This document shows positions 19,743-22,628 of a stretch of DNA of 22,628 bases, piece by piece. Position numbers and translations under genes: made by a program. Numbering within the stretch: position 1 is the stretch's first letter; each line of letters opens with the position of its first letter. This DNA is from Vitrella brassicaformis CCMP3155 (lineage: Eukaryota > Protista > Chromerida). The notes below the pieces were generated by a model. That model had not been told where the DNA came from. It ran no database searches and saw only the letters and a program-made list of their open reading frames with translations. The stretch covers positions 1 through 22,628 of the forward strand of contig CDMY01000768.1 of NCBI GenBank assembly GCA_001179505.1, read 5' to 3'.

Positions 19743-22139
19743 ATGACCTCGGCTTCTGTGCGAAATCTGGGCCGAGTGTTTGCATCCACCACACCATCAG
19801 CAGCAACGCAGCCCGCCCACGCAATCGACGCTTCGTCGCAGATCTGGCGTGCCGGACAGCGAAGATGCCGCTCAGGGTGGAGTGCAGCAGCCAGGGCCAT
19901 GGGAGGCCACCATCGATGCCGCCCTTTCATCGCTGGACGGCTCGATGGGCGTCTGCGCGTCATGGCAGTGCGGCATTTCGCCACCAAAGCGTCGGCGTAT
20001 TACCAACCTGACCACAACAAGAAAAAGATCAAAGTGTCAGAAGGTCAGAAGAAGGTCAAAGTGTCAGAAGGTCAGTCAGCACGAACAGACAGACCACAGC
20101 CGCCAGCGGGCTCATCTGATTCATCCGTGGTGTGTGGTGTGGTGTGATGGCTGTGCGACCACCAGGTCAGTACAAGCGTCGTCCGGTGCAGTCCCCATGG
20201 CACAAGCCTTCGTCGAATCAGCAGGAGGCCGACGACGACGAAATGGCCGAGGCCCGCATGCTGCCCATGTCCTTGAGCGCCGACACGGAGAAGAAGAAGG
20301 CCAAGGGCAGGGCCGCAATAAGGAAGGCCATCGAGAGCAACGCACAGCTGAGAGGCATCAACCCAGACCTCGTCGAGCGGGCACTCGACCCCATGTGAGT
20401 GAGTAGGGACGGACGGACGCCACAGCACAAGAGAGCAGAACTAGCCAGGGGAAGGATCGTTTCTTTCTTGGTTCGTTTGTGTGGCGTATTGTGTTGTGTT
20501 GTGTGAGTGCAGGCTGCTGTCTGTGTACACGACGTATGGCGTCCATGTGGTTTACTACCGTCCTCCGGGCGGCAAGTGGTACTTTTGGACCAACAATCTT
20601 GGCAGCTTCTCCATGACGCTCATCACCGGCGGACTCATCCTCATGGAAAGAAGTCAGACGCACACACACACACACAGGGCGGAATCGCGGATGTGTGTGT
20701 TGTGTTGTGTGCGTCTCCGCTGCTCGTGTTGTGTTGTGTCGGTCCCCAGGCATGATCGAGCCGTGGATGTCCTTCCCCATCGCTGCTGTGGGTAAGTACG
20801 TCAAGGGCACAACACAACACAACACATGGGCCTCCCTCGAAATACGACAGAGGACAGCAGCACTGCTCTGCACTGCACTGCATGCCTCGCCTGTCCCCTT
20901 TTGGTTGCAGTGCTTGCCCTCTGGTTCTTCCCATACCTCCGGCTCAAGACGTAAGCTAGAGCGGCAGACAGAGCAACATACGCACACACCTGCAGGCCAC
21001 TGACTGCGTGTCTGTGTGGGTGTGTTGGTTGTTGGCCGGGCCGTGTTCAGGTTGGCGACTCGTTTGGTGTACGATGTGCGCGGCCGGCGCATCTCGTTCC
21101 GCGGCCACAATTTCTGGGGGCTGCAGGGCCTGCAGGGGGACGTGTTCTCTCTCAGCAGAATTAGGCTGGTCTGGACCACCAGGAAATACATCAAGTTCAA
21201 AGTCAGGGTAGGTGAGCTCCCCTCCTGCCCTGCCCACACGGGCCCAACATAATAATATAATGCCAGTCGGTCGTCGATGTCTGTCTGTCTGCCTGTCTGT
21301 CTGTCTGCCTGTCTCTGTCTGTCTGTGTCTGGGCAGGCCAACAGTGTGTTTGACCCCTTTGGCTGGGTCACGTGGCGCATCCCTCGGTTCGAGAATATCC
21401 TCAAGCAGGAGAGGAACCACCGCGACTTCACCAAGCACATGTGGGCGGGGGCGGGCGGCGGGGCCACCCCCATGCGCCACCCCTTCCCCGTGGTCGCATC
21501 GGACTTCCCCCTGGACCAGGAGGGCCTCAGCAAGACGGGATTCGACTTCGGCTTCTACCAGGGCACCGACGAGGAATACGCCGCACTCGGATACAAAACA
21601 CCCAATGGTCCGTTGGTTGGCCATCACGGCACAACAACACTCAACCACCAGCACTGTCTGTATGCCTGTCTGTCTGTCTGTGTGTCTGGGTGGGTGTGTG
21701 GGTGTCAGTGGTCAAGAACCACTTCATTTCCTCCAATGTGACCCTGGAGGCGACGCAGCCCTCTCTCTTCTCCCGCCTCTTGCGTCGCGTCATGAGGCGC
21801 TTCTCGCGGATGATGCGCGGCCCCAAGAACCCCTACACGTCCGCCCGGCACCCCGGGGCCATCGGCCAGGCCTCCCAGCAGATGTTCAAGCGCAAGAAGA
21901 GCGACCACGAGAGCGCCTACGCCATGAATGCCGACGGGACGACGTCGTTCAAGGGGGTGCGGCTGTGCACCATGGGCGTGGCGCTGAACCGCGAGGAGGA
22001 GATGAAGATCGTCGATGTGCTCAAGAGCGAGATGAGTGAGGATGATCTGAGGAAGTCGGACGACAGGCGGCGGCTGTGGCATAACTACACGCCTAAAGAG
22101 ATGTTCCTTGCAGTGCTGCGAGTGCTCACCAAAAGCTAG
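19743..22139 (+). CDS. Probable mitochondrial membrane protein with two TM segments, possibly TMEM70/TMEM186/TMEM223-like, about 8 exons
   Basis: Arg/Ser/Ala-rich N-terminus ending RHFATKAS (presequence-like). Spliced exons give LGSFSMTLITGGLILMERSMIEPWMSFPIAAVVLALWFFPYLRLKTLATRLVYDVRGRRISFRGHNFWG, a TM hairpin followed by a YD...FWG segment that I recall from the TMEM186/TMEM70 group. Stop TAG at 22137-22139. The gene model is solid; the family assignment is tentative. Confidence 0.7.
20021..20074 (+). repeat. 27-nt tandem duplication at the end of exon 1 (KKIKVSEGQ/KKVKVSEGQ)
   Basis: gaaaaagatcaaagtgtcagaaggtca and gaagaaggtcaaagtgtcagaaggtca differ at 2 positions. Confidence 0.85.
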
Positions 22140-22628
22140 AACTTTCGTCGAGAGACGCATTGCATTGAGGCGGGGAAGGAGTGCAGTGCACGCGGTGACG
22201 TTCTTTGTCGTGTGGTGGTCCGGATGAGTGGACCGATGAGTGAGTGGACTGCCTGTCGGGACGGGACGGCCATTTGTGTGTATGCAATCAATGCATTCGT
22301 CAGTCAGTGTGCTGGTCGGTCCAAGAGGATGGTGGCGAGCTTTGGCGGAGCTCGCGGCGAGTGAACGGCAGCAGCGCGAATAGGCATTGTGTCTTTCTCC
22401 CCCCCCTTGATTTTCACTGTGTCGTATTGCGTGTTACGTATTGAGTCACACATGAGTGTTTGTCTGATGGATGCAGACGAAATCTTAAAGTGTCTCTGTT
22501 TCGCTACGTGCACATGATGCAGGCTTGTGTCTGCAGTGAGTGGGTCGAGTTGCCGTCTTGTCTGCTTGTGTTTTGTATGTCTAAGTCTGGCGGAGCCTGG
22601 CAAGCAGGACATGGTGAGCGTTGCCACG

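Overview
This is intron-rich, GC3-high eukaryotic DNA with short introns and AC/TG/CAGA microsatellites. The style resembles the chromerid alveolate Vitrella brassicaformis, but that is an inference from sequence style only. I built the gene models by hand from GT-AG junctions. In order: a Cys/Met-metabolism PLP enzyme (cystathionine gamma-lyase/synthase family, +), a multi-exon secreted protein of unknown function (+), a divergent CMGC/CDK-like Ser/Thr kinase (+), an iodothyronine-deiodinase-like selenoprotein (+), a small secreted protein (-) head-to-head with a patatin-like phospholipase (+), and a CPA1 Na+/H+ exchanger (-) head-to-head with a probable mitochondrial two-TM protein (+). The highlight is the deiodinase-like gene at 10726-12323. 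Its Sec UGA codon exists only after splicing (TG|intron|A), a well-formed type II SECIS lies in the 3' UTR (12732-12813), and the deiodinase domain is fused in frame to a C-terminal CxxC glutaredoxin-like domain, i.e. a putative self-reducing dehalogenase. No CRISPR array, rRNA, tRNA or recognisable transposon was seen.
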